A stretch of DNA of 64,000 nt from Octopus sinensis (lineage: Eukaryota), in the NCBI RefSeq assembly GCF_006345805.1, contig NC_043011.1, positions 2,666,001 through 2,730,000 of the forward strand, written 5' to 3'. Position 1 is the stretch's first letter. Each line of letters begins with the position of its first letter. The notes below the pieces were generated by a model. The model searched no databases, was not told the origin of the DNA, and saw only the letters and a program-made list of their open reading frames with translations. A program made the translations under genes and the position numbers. Positions 24,613 to 35,689 of the stretch are shown one piece after another.

Positions 24613-24964
24613 AATTACCGGAGATATTCTTGTTGCTTATTTTGAATATATATATAACTTGTGTCAGCTTTATTGCAAGCAAGGGAATGAACCACTCCCA
24701 CTCCAGCAAAGCAAAACCAATAGACTAGTCCTGGGTTCCTTCCTGTCCACAGTACTGGACGTTTGCCTGCTAGAGATGGCAGCTATTCATCCTTGCTTGC
24801 AATATATAAACAAAGAAGCAACTATCAGTCACTAATCTCTTAACAATATAAAGTAGCTGGTTTTAAATCTCTGAGATAGACTCATCTAGTAATAACAGTA
24901 CTAAACAGTAATGGCTGTTACCACATTTTACGTGGCTGTTCTATGCTGGCTATATATATATATA

Positions 24965-26130
24965 TAAGCAAATATTAGTAGAGCAGTTCACAACTATTCT
25001 ACTCTACAGTAGATATGTAGATGACATTAATATCATAGTTAGGACCAACTCTAGTAATGGTAGTATAGAAATTGAGAGGAACATAATGGAGAGCATCCAG
25101 CAAGTAGCTAACTCCATCCACCAAAGTATCAAGGTAACTATAGATTACCCCTCTAAGCACCACAACAATAGACTCCCCATACTTGATAATGAACTTTGGT
25201 TAGAGACTGTGAACAATAGAGTGCAGCTCCTCCACTCTTATTACATGAAACCTATAGCTTCCAAATATGTTGTTCACAAGAGCTCAGTTTTGTCACACAA
25301 CATGAAAATTAATATACTGATAGCAGACTTAGGATAATGAACAACATGTTCCCACTATGTGAACCCTATGAAATGAATAAGCATATACAGAACTTCATGC
25401 CCTGCATGCAGTTCTCTGGATATGATCAGAAAGATAGAGTCCGAGTATACAGGGGTGCTAATAAGAAATTAGACAACATTATACGTAATGATACCCAGTG
25501 GTACCTGCCCTAGATATAGAAACAAAGAGTGGAATTGGATACAAAGAACTTGTGACAAAGCAAACAGGGCAAACACATGGTATAAAACCAACAAATAGCA
25601 AGGAGTGATGTTTGTAGAGGCCACAGCCCATGGAGAACTAGCCCATAGATTTAGGAAAGCTCTGAAGAAGACCAAACTCAACATTAAGATTGTTGAAAAG
25701 CCAGGGAACTCCATCAGATCATAACTATGTAGGACGCACTCATTTGAGAATACCATATGCACTATGATAACTGCATGACATGTAGGATTAGCCCTGGCAT
25801 TAAATGTAGTCTAAAGCATAAGATGCAAAGAAGGTGCTTGTAAAGACATGAACATGACATACATAGGGGAGACATCTAGGAGCATTGCAGAAAGACAAAA
25901 TGAACATTTGAGACAATATGACAACAAAAAAAAAACAGTCCTCATACTATACCAACATGGAGGTAACCTGGGTCAATTGGACATCCACATCTTATCCAAG
26001 CACCCAAAGGATCCAACACTCAGGCATATGCAGGAGTATGTCCTCATAAGTGAAACCTTCCCAATACTAAATAGGAAATATACATAGTAGATATCATACC
26101 TCCACACCCACAGTTTACACAGGTAGAGTA
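24965..26130 (+). mobile_element. Decayed Penelope-like element (RT 3' half plus GIY-YIG)
   Basis: LYSRYVDDINI; ANSIHQSIKVTIDYP...LPILD; YYMKP; YIGETSRSIAERQNEH; ...PILNRK; several stops and frameshifts. Confidence 0.9.
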
Positions 26131-26243
26131 GAATAGTTAGTGGTCTGTTAAGTAGATAGATGTATGTATGTGTGTGTGGATGTATGTATATACATATATA
26201 TATATATGTGTGTAGATAGATGCATGTGTGTGGGGTGGGTGTA

Positions 26244-26293
<50 letters not shown>

Positions 26294-26858
26294 TGTATGT
26301 AAGCATATGGATATGAAAGTAAACAGATCAACATACAGACAAATAGTTACACAGGTTATATGAACAAACAAGCACACATACACAAATGAAGACTGAAACA
26401 CATGGCCATATATACACACACACTTTACTTCACACAGACACATATGGAGACACAGGTTCACACATATGGAGATGCCCATCCATACAAACACACATACATG
26501 CACAAACATGAAAACACACAAACACAGACATGCAAACACATGAATATGCAGAATACATACATACAAATCTACACACATAGATAGATACATATGCACACAC
26601 ACATACATGCATACACACACATGCATACATACATGCATGTATAGGCACACACACTAATCCCCACACATGTGCACAAGCAAACAAAAATGAATGCAGTGTG
26701 AGTAACAGTCAGAATCAACAACTACTGAAAATGTTGCAAGACGCAACGGAAATTTTAGAAAAATATAAAAAAAAACAAGTGGAAATTTTACCAGTGAGTG
26801 TGTTAAACTATAATGCACCCAAAAAGAATGACTCTCCCCAGACACAACAGTATATATA

Positions 26859-26904
<46 letters not shown>

Positions 26905-26961
26905 AAATAGAAATAGCATGAACAGGATAAATTATCCATAAATTGCAGAAAAATGCATTAC

Positions 26962-27035
26962 CAGCCACCCATGAGACTCAAACTCACATCCCTTTGATTA
27001 TGGGTCAAGTACTTTACCATTAAGCTAAACTGCCC
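26962..27035 (-). pseudogene. tRNA-Met(CAT)-like sequence (degenerate)
   Basis: Minus strand GGGCAGTTTAGCTTAATGGTAAAGTACTTGACCCATAATCAAAGGGATGTGAGTTTGAGTCTCATG; 3' acceptor strand decayed. Confidence 0.6.
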
Positions 27036-27163
27036 AGTAACGAATTCTTCTGCAATTTTAGAACTTATAGATTTATGAATTTATCAGTTTACTTTCATTG
27101 TAAGTTGAATTTAACGTTAGTGTCTTATGAAGCTAAATTTATAAGTTCTAAAATTGCAGTACT

Positions 27164-27237
27164 GGGCAGTTTAGCTTAATGGTAAAGCACTTGAGGCATA
27201 ATCACAGGTATGTGAGTTCGAGTCTCACGGCTGACCA
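27164..27237 (+). pseudogene. tRNA-Met(CAT)-like cloverleaf, probably a repeat head rather than a functional tRNA
   Basis: Acceptor GGGCAGT/GCTGACC (6/7 pairs), D arm GCT/AGC, CAT anticodon with a weak stem, perfect T arm GTGAG-TTCGAGT-CTCAC. Confidence 0.65.
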
Positions 27238-27389
27238 GTAACGTATTTTTCTGCAATGTATGGATAATTTATCCTGTTCATGCTATTTTATTAGCATTAT
27301 CATGCATTTGAGAATAAAATATTTTTTTATGTATCTTTCAATACATCTCAATGTTTCTAAAACAAACTTTGTTTACTTTCATCATAAGT

Positions 27390-27433
<44 letters not shown>

Positions 27434-27507
27434 AAGATAGACAGCAGACACAGATCTACAGAGAAACAAACAGACAGATAGATAGATATACACATATATA
27501 AATATAC

Positions 27508-27669
27508 AATGAGCTTCTTTCAGTTTCTGTCTACCAAATTTGCTCATAAGCCTTTGGTCGACCTGAAGCTATGGTAGAAGACACTTATCCAAGGTGCCAC
27601 ACAGAGGGACTGAACCTGGAACTATGTGATTAGGAAGCAAGCTTCTTACCACACAGCCCACCTGTACCT
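27508..27669 (-). mobile_element. SINE family A, 5' half
   Basis: GCTTCTTTCAGTTTCTGTCTACCAAAT...CTTACCACACAGCC. Confidence 0.85.
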
Positions 27670-28686
27670 GTGTATGTGTGTTTGCATGTATGTATATATG
27701 TGTGTGTGTGTATTAGACAGGGAGAGAAAGAGAGAGGGATAGAAAAGAGAGAGAAAGAAAGTGAGATGAAGAGAGAGAGAAAAAGTAAATTTAGTTTTCA
27801 TATTTTCTTCGCCAGTGTTAACAATATAACTGGCAGCATTCAGAGTCATATGAATTTTAGAGAAAAATTCTTAGCATGGATTCAATAATTTCTGCATGTT
27901 ATCACTAATTTTATAAATTCTTTCTCTCAACCTCCTCTTCCTTCTTTCTTTATCTCTTTCTTTCTCACCTCTCCTATTTTTTTAATATTTTTCTTTATCT
28001 GCTTGATACGTTCTTCAAAAATAATATTTTTCAGTTTTTACATTAAAATAACTTATTATCTGTACATCAGAATTTTTCATATCAAAAAAGATTTCTTGCC
28101 TGTTCTTTCATAGTTTATCAGTTTTGAATGTGAATTTATGTGCAGCTAAAGCAATTCAGTAAAAAATAAACAGAAAATTTGAAATTATTTTCCTGACCTC
28201 AGGTAATGAAGCTTGAAGGAAATGAAATGTGTTGTATAAAACGATAAATGGAATAATGATACGAGTTAGTTTGCTGGTGATATTTTAAACATGACATCAC
28301 TGCAAATACTTTTAACTACAGCTTCAACGACACAGATCTCTTCCCTGTTGTCACTTACATCATCTTTCTTGACAGATGCTCACTTCACTAATACAAAATA
28401 GATTGTTGAGCCATGATGTCTTTTGACAGGTGGAATTTGAATTTTTCAAGCAGGTCTGATGATAAATTCTTTGCAGTCACATGGGTCTGGATGCAATCCC
28501 ACTGCACAAAACGTCAGGAAAGGGTCTTCCACCATAGCTTTATATGAAAAATATTTTGTGTATGGAATCTGCATGACAGAATCTTTGAGGAAACTCATCA
28601 AGTATCTATCAGTTTGACTGCTTGTACACACACACACACACACACACACACATGTGCGTGCATGCATGAGACACACACACACACAC

Positions 28687-28718
<32 letters not shown>

Positions 28719-28728
28719 GCATTGAATG

Positions 28729-29149
28729 TTACTCTCTTTACTCTTTTACTCCTTTACTTGTTTCAGTCATGTGACTGTGGCCATGCTGGAGCACCGCCTT
28801 TAGTCAATCAAATCGACCCCAGGACTTATTCTTTGTAAGCCCAGTACTTATTCTATTGGTCTCTTTTGCTGAACCGCTAAGTTACAGGGATGTAAACACA
28901 CCAGCATCGGTTGTCAAGCGATGTTGGGAGGGACAAACACAGACACACAAACACACACAAACATATACATATATATACATATATACGACGGGCTTCTTTC
29001 AGTTTCCGTCTACCAAATCCACTCACAAGTCTTTGGTCGGCCCGAGGCTATAGTAGAAGACACTCACCCAAGGTGCCACGCAGTGGGACTGAATCCGGAA
29101 CAATGTGGTTGGTTAGCAAGCTACTTACCACACAGCCACTCCTATGCCT
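28729..29149 (-). mobile_element. SINE family A, full-length
   Basis: (TTTACTC)n tail through to ...TTACCACACAGCCACTCCT. Confidence 0.9.
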
Positions 29150-29437
29150 AGTACCATGTAATCTAATACAACCTCCTACAATGACTGAAGTGCCTCTCCG
29201 CCATGCTAGTCTGGTGATGTGGGTTAATACCTGCCAACAAATATGTCTTTTGACGTATTTGATGCTGAGTAATGTACTTTTCAATGAATACTACATATCA
29301 CCCACATACAAGCATGCATGAAAACACACACACAAGTACACATTTGTGTGTGTGTGTGTGTGTGTCTATGTACTATAATATACTCTACCATAATATAATC
29401 TCTTCAAAAAGTCACATCCAAATACCACCACCACTCC

Positions 29438-29551
29438 TACTACAACTACTACTACTACTACTACTAAAATTACTACTACTACTACTACTGCTACTACTAA
29501 CATTACTACTACTACCCCTACTACTACTACTACTACTACTACTACTAAAAT

Positions 29552-29604
<53 letters not shown>

Positions 29605-29631
29605 AAATTACTACTACTACTACTACTACTA
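29438..29631. repeat. (CTA)n microsatellite with recurrent AAAATTA interruptions
   Basis: Directly visible; source of the poly-L/poly-S ORFs. Confidence 0.95.
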
Positions 29632-30241
29632 AAATCTACCAAAAGGATAGCTGAACCCAGCATAGTGCATATCTAGCAATAGTACACAAGGATATAAAAA
29701 TGCTCAACGTACAAAATGGGCTCCACTTTGGGAATGATGAACTCCTTGTTCTGGACACAAGATCTGTCCAGAAGTAGAATAAGAAAGGAGGTTTCATTAC
29801 ATCTAATTTGTGTGCACAGAAAAATGGAAAACAAAGTTATCCTAAACGAGGTTCTATTACAACAAATGCAAAAGCACCAATTCTAAAGACTACATAGTGA
29901 TGTGTAAAGTAAAAGATGTCCTGAGTGTTTTATCATGCAAAATGAAAGTGAAGTCACAAAAGGAAATTCTTCATAATAATCCTGGCTCTGAGAGCAAATG
30001 TACCGTTCTAAAAATAGAAGGAAAAATATTTTTTTTAAATGCCAAAAAACATCTGAATGCTTTTTATCCTATATACTGTTAGCACAACAAAAAGAAATAT
30101 TCATTTAGAAAGAAGTTTCTATATGGCACTCCTTCTGAAGACTATTGAAGAATTAGCTACTAAGGGAAAACTTATGAACAATTCATGACAGCAGAGCCAA
30201 ATGTAATCTTGATGTTTACATACCCATCATCCTTTCATTAC

Positions 30242-30328
30242 CTTAACAAAAATTCTTACTGGTCTACCAGCAAATTTGACAGATGTCCTGATTTGTTCTA
30301 CTAGTTGTTTACCATTCCAAAGCAATAT
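30242..30328 (-). CDS. Candidate internal coding exon, 87 nt, phase 0/0 (ILLWNGKQLVEQIRTSVKFAGRPVRIFVK); host gene unidentified
   Basis: Acceptor TTCTTCTACTTTTCCCATAG, donor AAG|GTAATG, 29 open codons of non-repetitive composition. Confidence 0.45.
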
Positions 30329-30463
30329 CTATGGGAAAAGTAGAAGAACAATACATTATCATACTGGAATCTCTTGTTAAGATTTTTGCTACCTGGAGTT
30401 TGGATTACAAAATAACTTATAACAGTATTCGATTTGAGTTGCTGTTTATTACTTTTACCTTTT

Positions 30464-31120
30464 TAGGTTGGTGCATACAAAATGTTTCCAATTTTTTTTT
30501 TATTAATCAATATGGAAAAACTTAAGAAGCTTAGACTTGTGACTCAGTACTTTACTGATGAAGGCTTTGCTTATTTTGCAACTCAGCGAATGATCTCCTG
30601 GATAATTTTCCTCTTTGAAAAATGTATTTTGAAAAATTCCATATCCTTGAAGAAGGATATCACAAACAATACACTGGATAGTAATTCAATCCATTTCATT
30701 ATTGAGTCACATACAAATGTTTGTGTGCCAGGTTCACAGCATCTTGTTGACACTTGCATAGGTATGAATTTATGTTCACTCTATCTTAAAGAGCCTTAAA
30801 TGCACTGTTTTCTTAACAAGAATTTGACCACTTTATTGAACTATACAAACAGAAACACTTTGGATTGTTTTGAAGAATTGCTTATAATCTTCAAATATAA
30901 ATGTACTTTGCATCTTTCGAAAATTTCTTATCTCATAATTACATCTATATTCTTAGAAAGAAAATAGACACAGATTGTTTGAAAATATAGTGAAAATATA
31001 CATAATTTAAAAGACATGTTGGACTTACTAAATTTACTGTAAGATGTTTCAAAAAAGTTATCAAAGTATAATTTTTGATATTTTTTAATGTTTTTTCTAT
31101 GAATATATCCTTCAACCAAA
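30464..31120 (+). mobile_element. Possible highly decayed mariner relic
   Basis: TAGGTTGGTGCA resembles mariner TIRs; the downstream MEKLKKLRLVTQYF... only weakly resembles a transposase N-terminus. Confidence 0.3.
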
Positions 31121-31711
31121 TTGCTTTACAGTCAATATTCTTTCGTCAAATATGTTTTTGATAAATAAGTCATATCCCATTGACACACTCACTCCCCCTC
31201 ATACACACATTCTCACCACACACACACAAACACACACATGCATTATCTACTGTCATAACGTTGAGCAATCTTTTCTAGAGGCCATATTCTTACCACAACA
31301 AATAATAAAAATAATGATAATAATGGTGATGATGATTATCATCATGATTATAACTGCAACAGCAACAACAATAATATTAGATGTTTTTGATTTAGGCACA
31401 AGGACAGCTAATATGGCTAAAGAGATAAGATATTGTTTATTAATTGAGAAAGACCATGTACTTTTTGGCTTGAAGAAAAACAAGCCTTACACAAAGCAGA
31501 TGGAAAAAAAAAACCTTGAGTGACAAGTAAAACAGGCAGTTTTGAATGAAACTGAGAAACAGTAAGACCTAATGTGGACTTGGGCGAGGGTAGAAAAGAA
31601 AAAGGTACAGGCAGTTTGTAAAAAAGACATAAAGACAAATAGTGAGAGCAAGTAGTGATGTTTTACTGCAGAGATAAAACAGAGTGGTAAAACAAGAATA
31701 GACAGAACTTT

Positions 31712-31771
<60 letters not shown>

Positions 31772-31858
31772 TAGTATAAAGGTAGTCAATAATATATGTA
31801 ACTATAGAGTTAAGGTTCTAAGACTTAGATTCCTTGGTTGCAATGTCTAGCTTATACA

Positions 31859-32185
31859 GTAGGACTAAGAAATATTTATTCACACGTTCATATCTTTTAA
31901 TTGTTATATATGCTACTATGGTACTAACGTGTGAATATGAACGTGTGAATAAATATTTCTTAGTCCTACAGATGCTTTTAAGTATATATATCTTTGAAAG
32001 TTACTCAGTACTGAAACAGTTGTACAATTGTAAGATGTGTAGGTAGTATATGATTTAATTGTTATATATGCTACTATGGTACTAAAACAATTGTAATCAT
32101 ATACTACCTACACATCTTACAATTGTACAACTGTTTCAGTACTGAGTAACTTTCAAAGATATATATACTTAAAAGCATCTGTAGG
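31859..32185. repeat. Young complex rearrangement: perfect 91-bp inverted repeat, 35-bp inverted repeat and 32-bp direct repeat
   Basis: 31965-32055 is the reverse complement of 32095-32185; 31859-31893 is the reverse complement of 31935-31969; 31896-31927 equals 32054-32085. Confidence 0.9.
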
Positions 32186-33281
32186 TATTTTGGAAATTAT
32201 GTAATAAAAATAATGCCAACCCAAAATCCACAAAGCAGCCACTTTTCAAGACGTGTGTGAGTGAGTGACTTGTAACTATTGTATATAAATGTACAAGTAA
32301 ATTTTTTGTGTCCTTAAGTCAATAAAATGTTTATTATATTACTAAATTTCTGAATGTGTCAGAATTTTCAACAGCTGATCCGAAAAGCTTTCATTTTATT
32401 TTTAAAATTCAATTTAAGTTTTTAATTTTAATTTATTAAGTAAATGTCAAAATATTTTCTTTCCTTTATTTTCCATTACTCAATAAACTTCTGTGTATAA
32501 TACCAATCTCTTGGCTAGGTGTCAAGCAATAGATAATTACAGTTTTTACGTAGTTTAATCTCTGATCTTTTCAATAATTCTAAGGTCTATTTTTTTTGAT
32601 AAGTGGTTGTTTTGTGGATGCTGCATTGATGTTTTTCATATGTCATACGTTTTCCCCAAAATAAACTGCTGAACATACATTTATTCATATCTATGCCAAG
32701 ACACATATGCATTAAAACAGCTGAACAAATGTCAGGTAATTTAATCCTTAACAGATAAATATATTGATAGCTTGACAGATAAGCAACAGGTATGCAGGTA
32801 ATTTTGTTTCGTGAGAAAGTGATTGAGTAAGATATGCTTTATAATTTGTTTTGCCTTCACACTCAGAGCCATTCTGGAATGATTTGTGATAGTTGTTGTA
32901 TAAAAGAGAGAACAGCATTGATTGGCAAATAAGAATTTAATGGCTAAAGATTGAGAAAAACACATTGAAACAAAATATTGACAATGACAAAACTATTACA
33001 AATGGTGACAAGAGCAATTTAAAATTTAATCTGTTTTATATGAAAATGTTTACCATTTAAAAAATGATAGTTTGATTAATTACTTTGGATTTTTAAACTA
33101 AAAGATGTGCATGCAGTTTCTGTATGTACTTAAGATTACAGATTTACATGCACACACACATGTATAGGTGTATATATGCATACACAGATATGTGTGTGTA
33201 TGTATATACAAACATACATGCACATACATACATATATATATATACATACATTTACATACACACATACATATATATATTTAA

Positions 33282-33316
<35 letters not shown>

Positions 33317-33324
33317 TATATATA

Positions 33325-33355
<31 letters not shown>

Positions 33356-33892
33356 CATACATACATATACATTTACATAACCACTCACAAATAAAGTAGA
33401 AAATTGGATTTAGAGATGGAAGCAATACTCACAGTAAATACTATCACAAGGAATCGGCTATCAGTTCATGTAATAATTAAATTATGATGTAGTTTAACCT
33501 GTCCATGCAACCAAAAACTCAAGCTATGCAAGTAGTAAATATTTCCATAGTGAGTAAATAAAAATCACAAAATCAAGAGATATGGGAGGTGAATGCAGAT
33601 TTATTATTATTGCAAATATAATATGCAACATATTGCTGAAGCAGACATATCGATGTAAATTGTGTATATTAATTTGGAATGTTAATAATACTACATTGAG
33701 AAATGTATGGAAATCAAATGGCAAAATCAATTGGAAAATAATAAAACTCTATTCACTTCTGACGTATACATACATACAAACATACACATACGCATACATA
33801 TTTGAACATATATATGGAGGTAAACATGTATATATGTGTGTGTGTGTGTATGTATATATCTGTTTTGAATATTATATATTCTTTCTTTTATT

Positions 33893-34105
33893 CTTTTCTT
33901 TTACTTGTTTCAGTCATTTGACTGCGGCCATGCTGGAGCACCGCCTTTAGTCGAGCAACTCGACCCCGGGACTTATTCTTTGTAAGCCCAGTACTTATTC
34001 TATCAGTCTCTTTTGCTGAACCGCTAAGTGACGGGGACGTAAACACACCAGCATCGGTCATCAAGCAATGCTAGGGGGACAAACACAGACACACAAACAC
34101 ATGCG

Positions 34106-34171
<66 letters not shown>

Positions 34172-34337
34172 TACGACGGGCTTTATTCAGTTTCTGTCTA
34201 CCAAATCCACTCACAAGGCATTGGTCAGCCCAGGGCTATAGCAGAAGACACTTGCCCAAGATGCCACGCAGTGGGACTGAACCCAGAACCATGTGGTTGG
34301 TTAGCAATCTACTTACCACACTGCCACTCCTGCGCCT
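33893..34337 (-). mobile_element. SINE family A, full-length
   Basis: Complete reverse-complement copy. Confidence 0.9.
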
Positions 34338-34357
34338 AAGAATATATATATTCTTAT

Positions 34358-34744
34358 ATTTTACCTGTTTCAGTCATTTGACTGTGGCCATGCTGGAGCA
34401 CTGCCTTTAGTTGAACAAAATGACCTCAGAACTTATTCTTTGTAAGCATAGTACTTATTCTATCGGTCTCTTTTGCTAAACAACTAAGTTGCAGGGTTGT
34501 AAACACACCACATCAGTTGTCAAGCGATGGGGGGTGAGGGGTAGGACAAATTCGGATACACAAACATATATATATATATGATGGGCTTCTTTCAATTTCT
34601 GTCTACCAAATCCACTCACAAGGTTTTGGTCAGCCTGAGGCTATAGTAGAAGACACTTGCCCAAGGTGCCATACAGTGGAACAGAGCCCAGAACCATGTG
34701 GTTGGTAAGCAAGCTACTTACAACACAGCCACTCCTATGCCTGT
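34358..34744 (-). mobile_element. SINE family A, full-length (adjacent to the previous copy)
   Basis: Complete reverse-complement copy, more diverged. Confidence 0.9.
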
Positions 34745-35192
34745 ATATATCAAATAAATTAAAGCACTCATTCTTAGGTCATTAATTAAGCGTGGCATAT
34801 AAAATCAGATTTGTATTTTTTTGTTTGTGTTGGGACAGGAGTAAACTGCAGTCACAGATATTACTGAATTGTACTAGACTGATCCCAATAGGCAACGATA
34901 ATATTTATTCTGAAGATCGTATCAGAGTCTGAGGTGAGAGAGGACAAATATTTACTATATGATAAATAGTTTCCAAGTAAGCAATTTCCACTCTGTGTAA
35001 CTGTTATAAAATGATCAAAAACTTTTCTAATTTATAATGTAATCTATACTTAACTTTATGGTAATGCTAAACTATAATAAACCATCTCCCAAACTTAGAA
35101 GCGCTTAAATTTTTGAAAAATACTTCATCCACTCTTCAGTGAAACAAACCTTGTATAAATTATGGTTTTGCTTAAAATTTAAAATATTGAGA

Positions 35193-35223
<31 letters not shown>

Positions 35224-35294
35224 AAAATTTTTAATAACTTCTTTTGAATTTTCCTTTTGATGGTATAATTTTTTTTTTTTTTTTTTTTTTGCTA

Positions 35295-35689
35295 CAGGAG
35301 TGGCTGTGTGGTAAGTAGCTTGCTTACCAACCACATGGTTCCAGGTTTAGTCCCACTATGTGGCATCTTGGGCAAGTGTCTTCTACTATAGCCTCGGGCC
35401 AACCAAAGCCTTGTGAGTGGATTTGGTAGACAGAAACTGAATAAAGCCCGTCGTATATATGTATATATATGTATATATGTGTGTGTTTGTGTGTCTGTGT
35501 TTGTCCCCCTAGCATTGCTTGACAACCGATGCTGGTGTGTTTATGTCCCCGTCACTTAGCAGTTCGGCAAAAAAAGAGACCGATAGAATAAGTACTGGGC
35601 TTACAAAAGAATAAGTCCCGGGGTCGAGTTGCTCGACTAAAGGCCACAGTCAACTGACTGAAACAAGTAAAAGAGTAAAAGAGAGAGTA
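35295..35689 (+). mobile_element. SINE family A, full-length
   Basis: CAGGAGTGGCTGTGTGG...GACTGAAACAAGTAAAAGAGTAAAAGAG. Confidence 0.9.

Larger units (their letters stand above)
26901..27292. repeat. Inverted repeat carrying two divergent tRNA-Met-like sequences
   Basis: Arms about 26901-27073 and 27138-27292 are reverse complements with a spacer of about 65 bp; left end abuts (TA)n. Confidence 0.85.

Noticed and set aside
28911-29321. Recurrent ORF ...RLPNPLTRLWSARGYSRRHLPK... in many places
   Set aside because: Antisense translation of SINE family A, not a protein family
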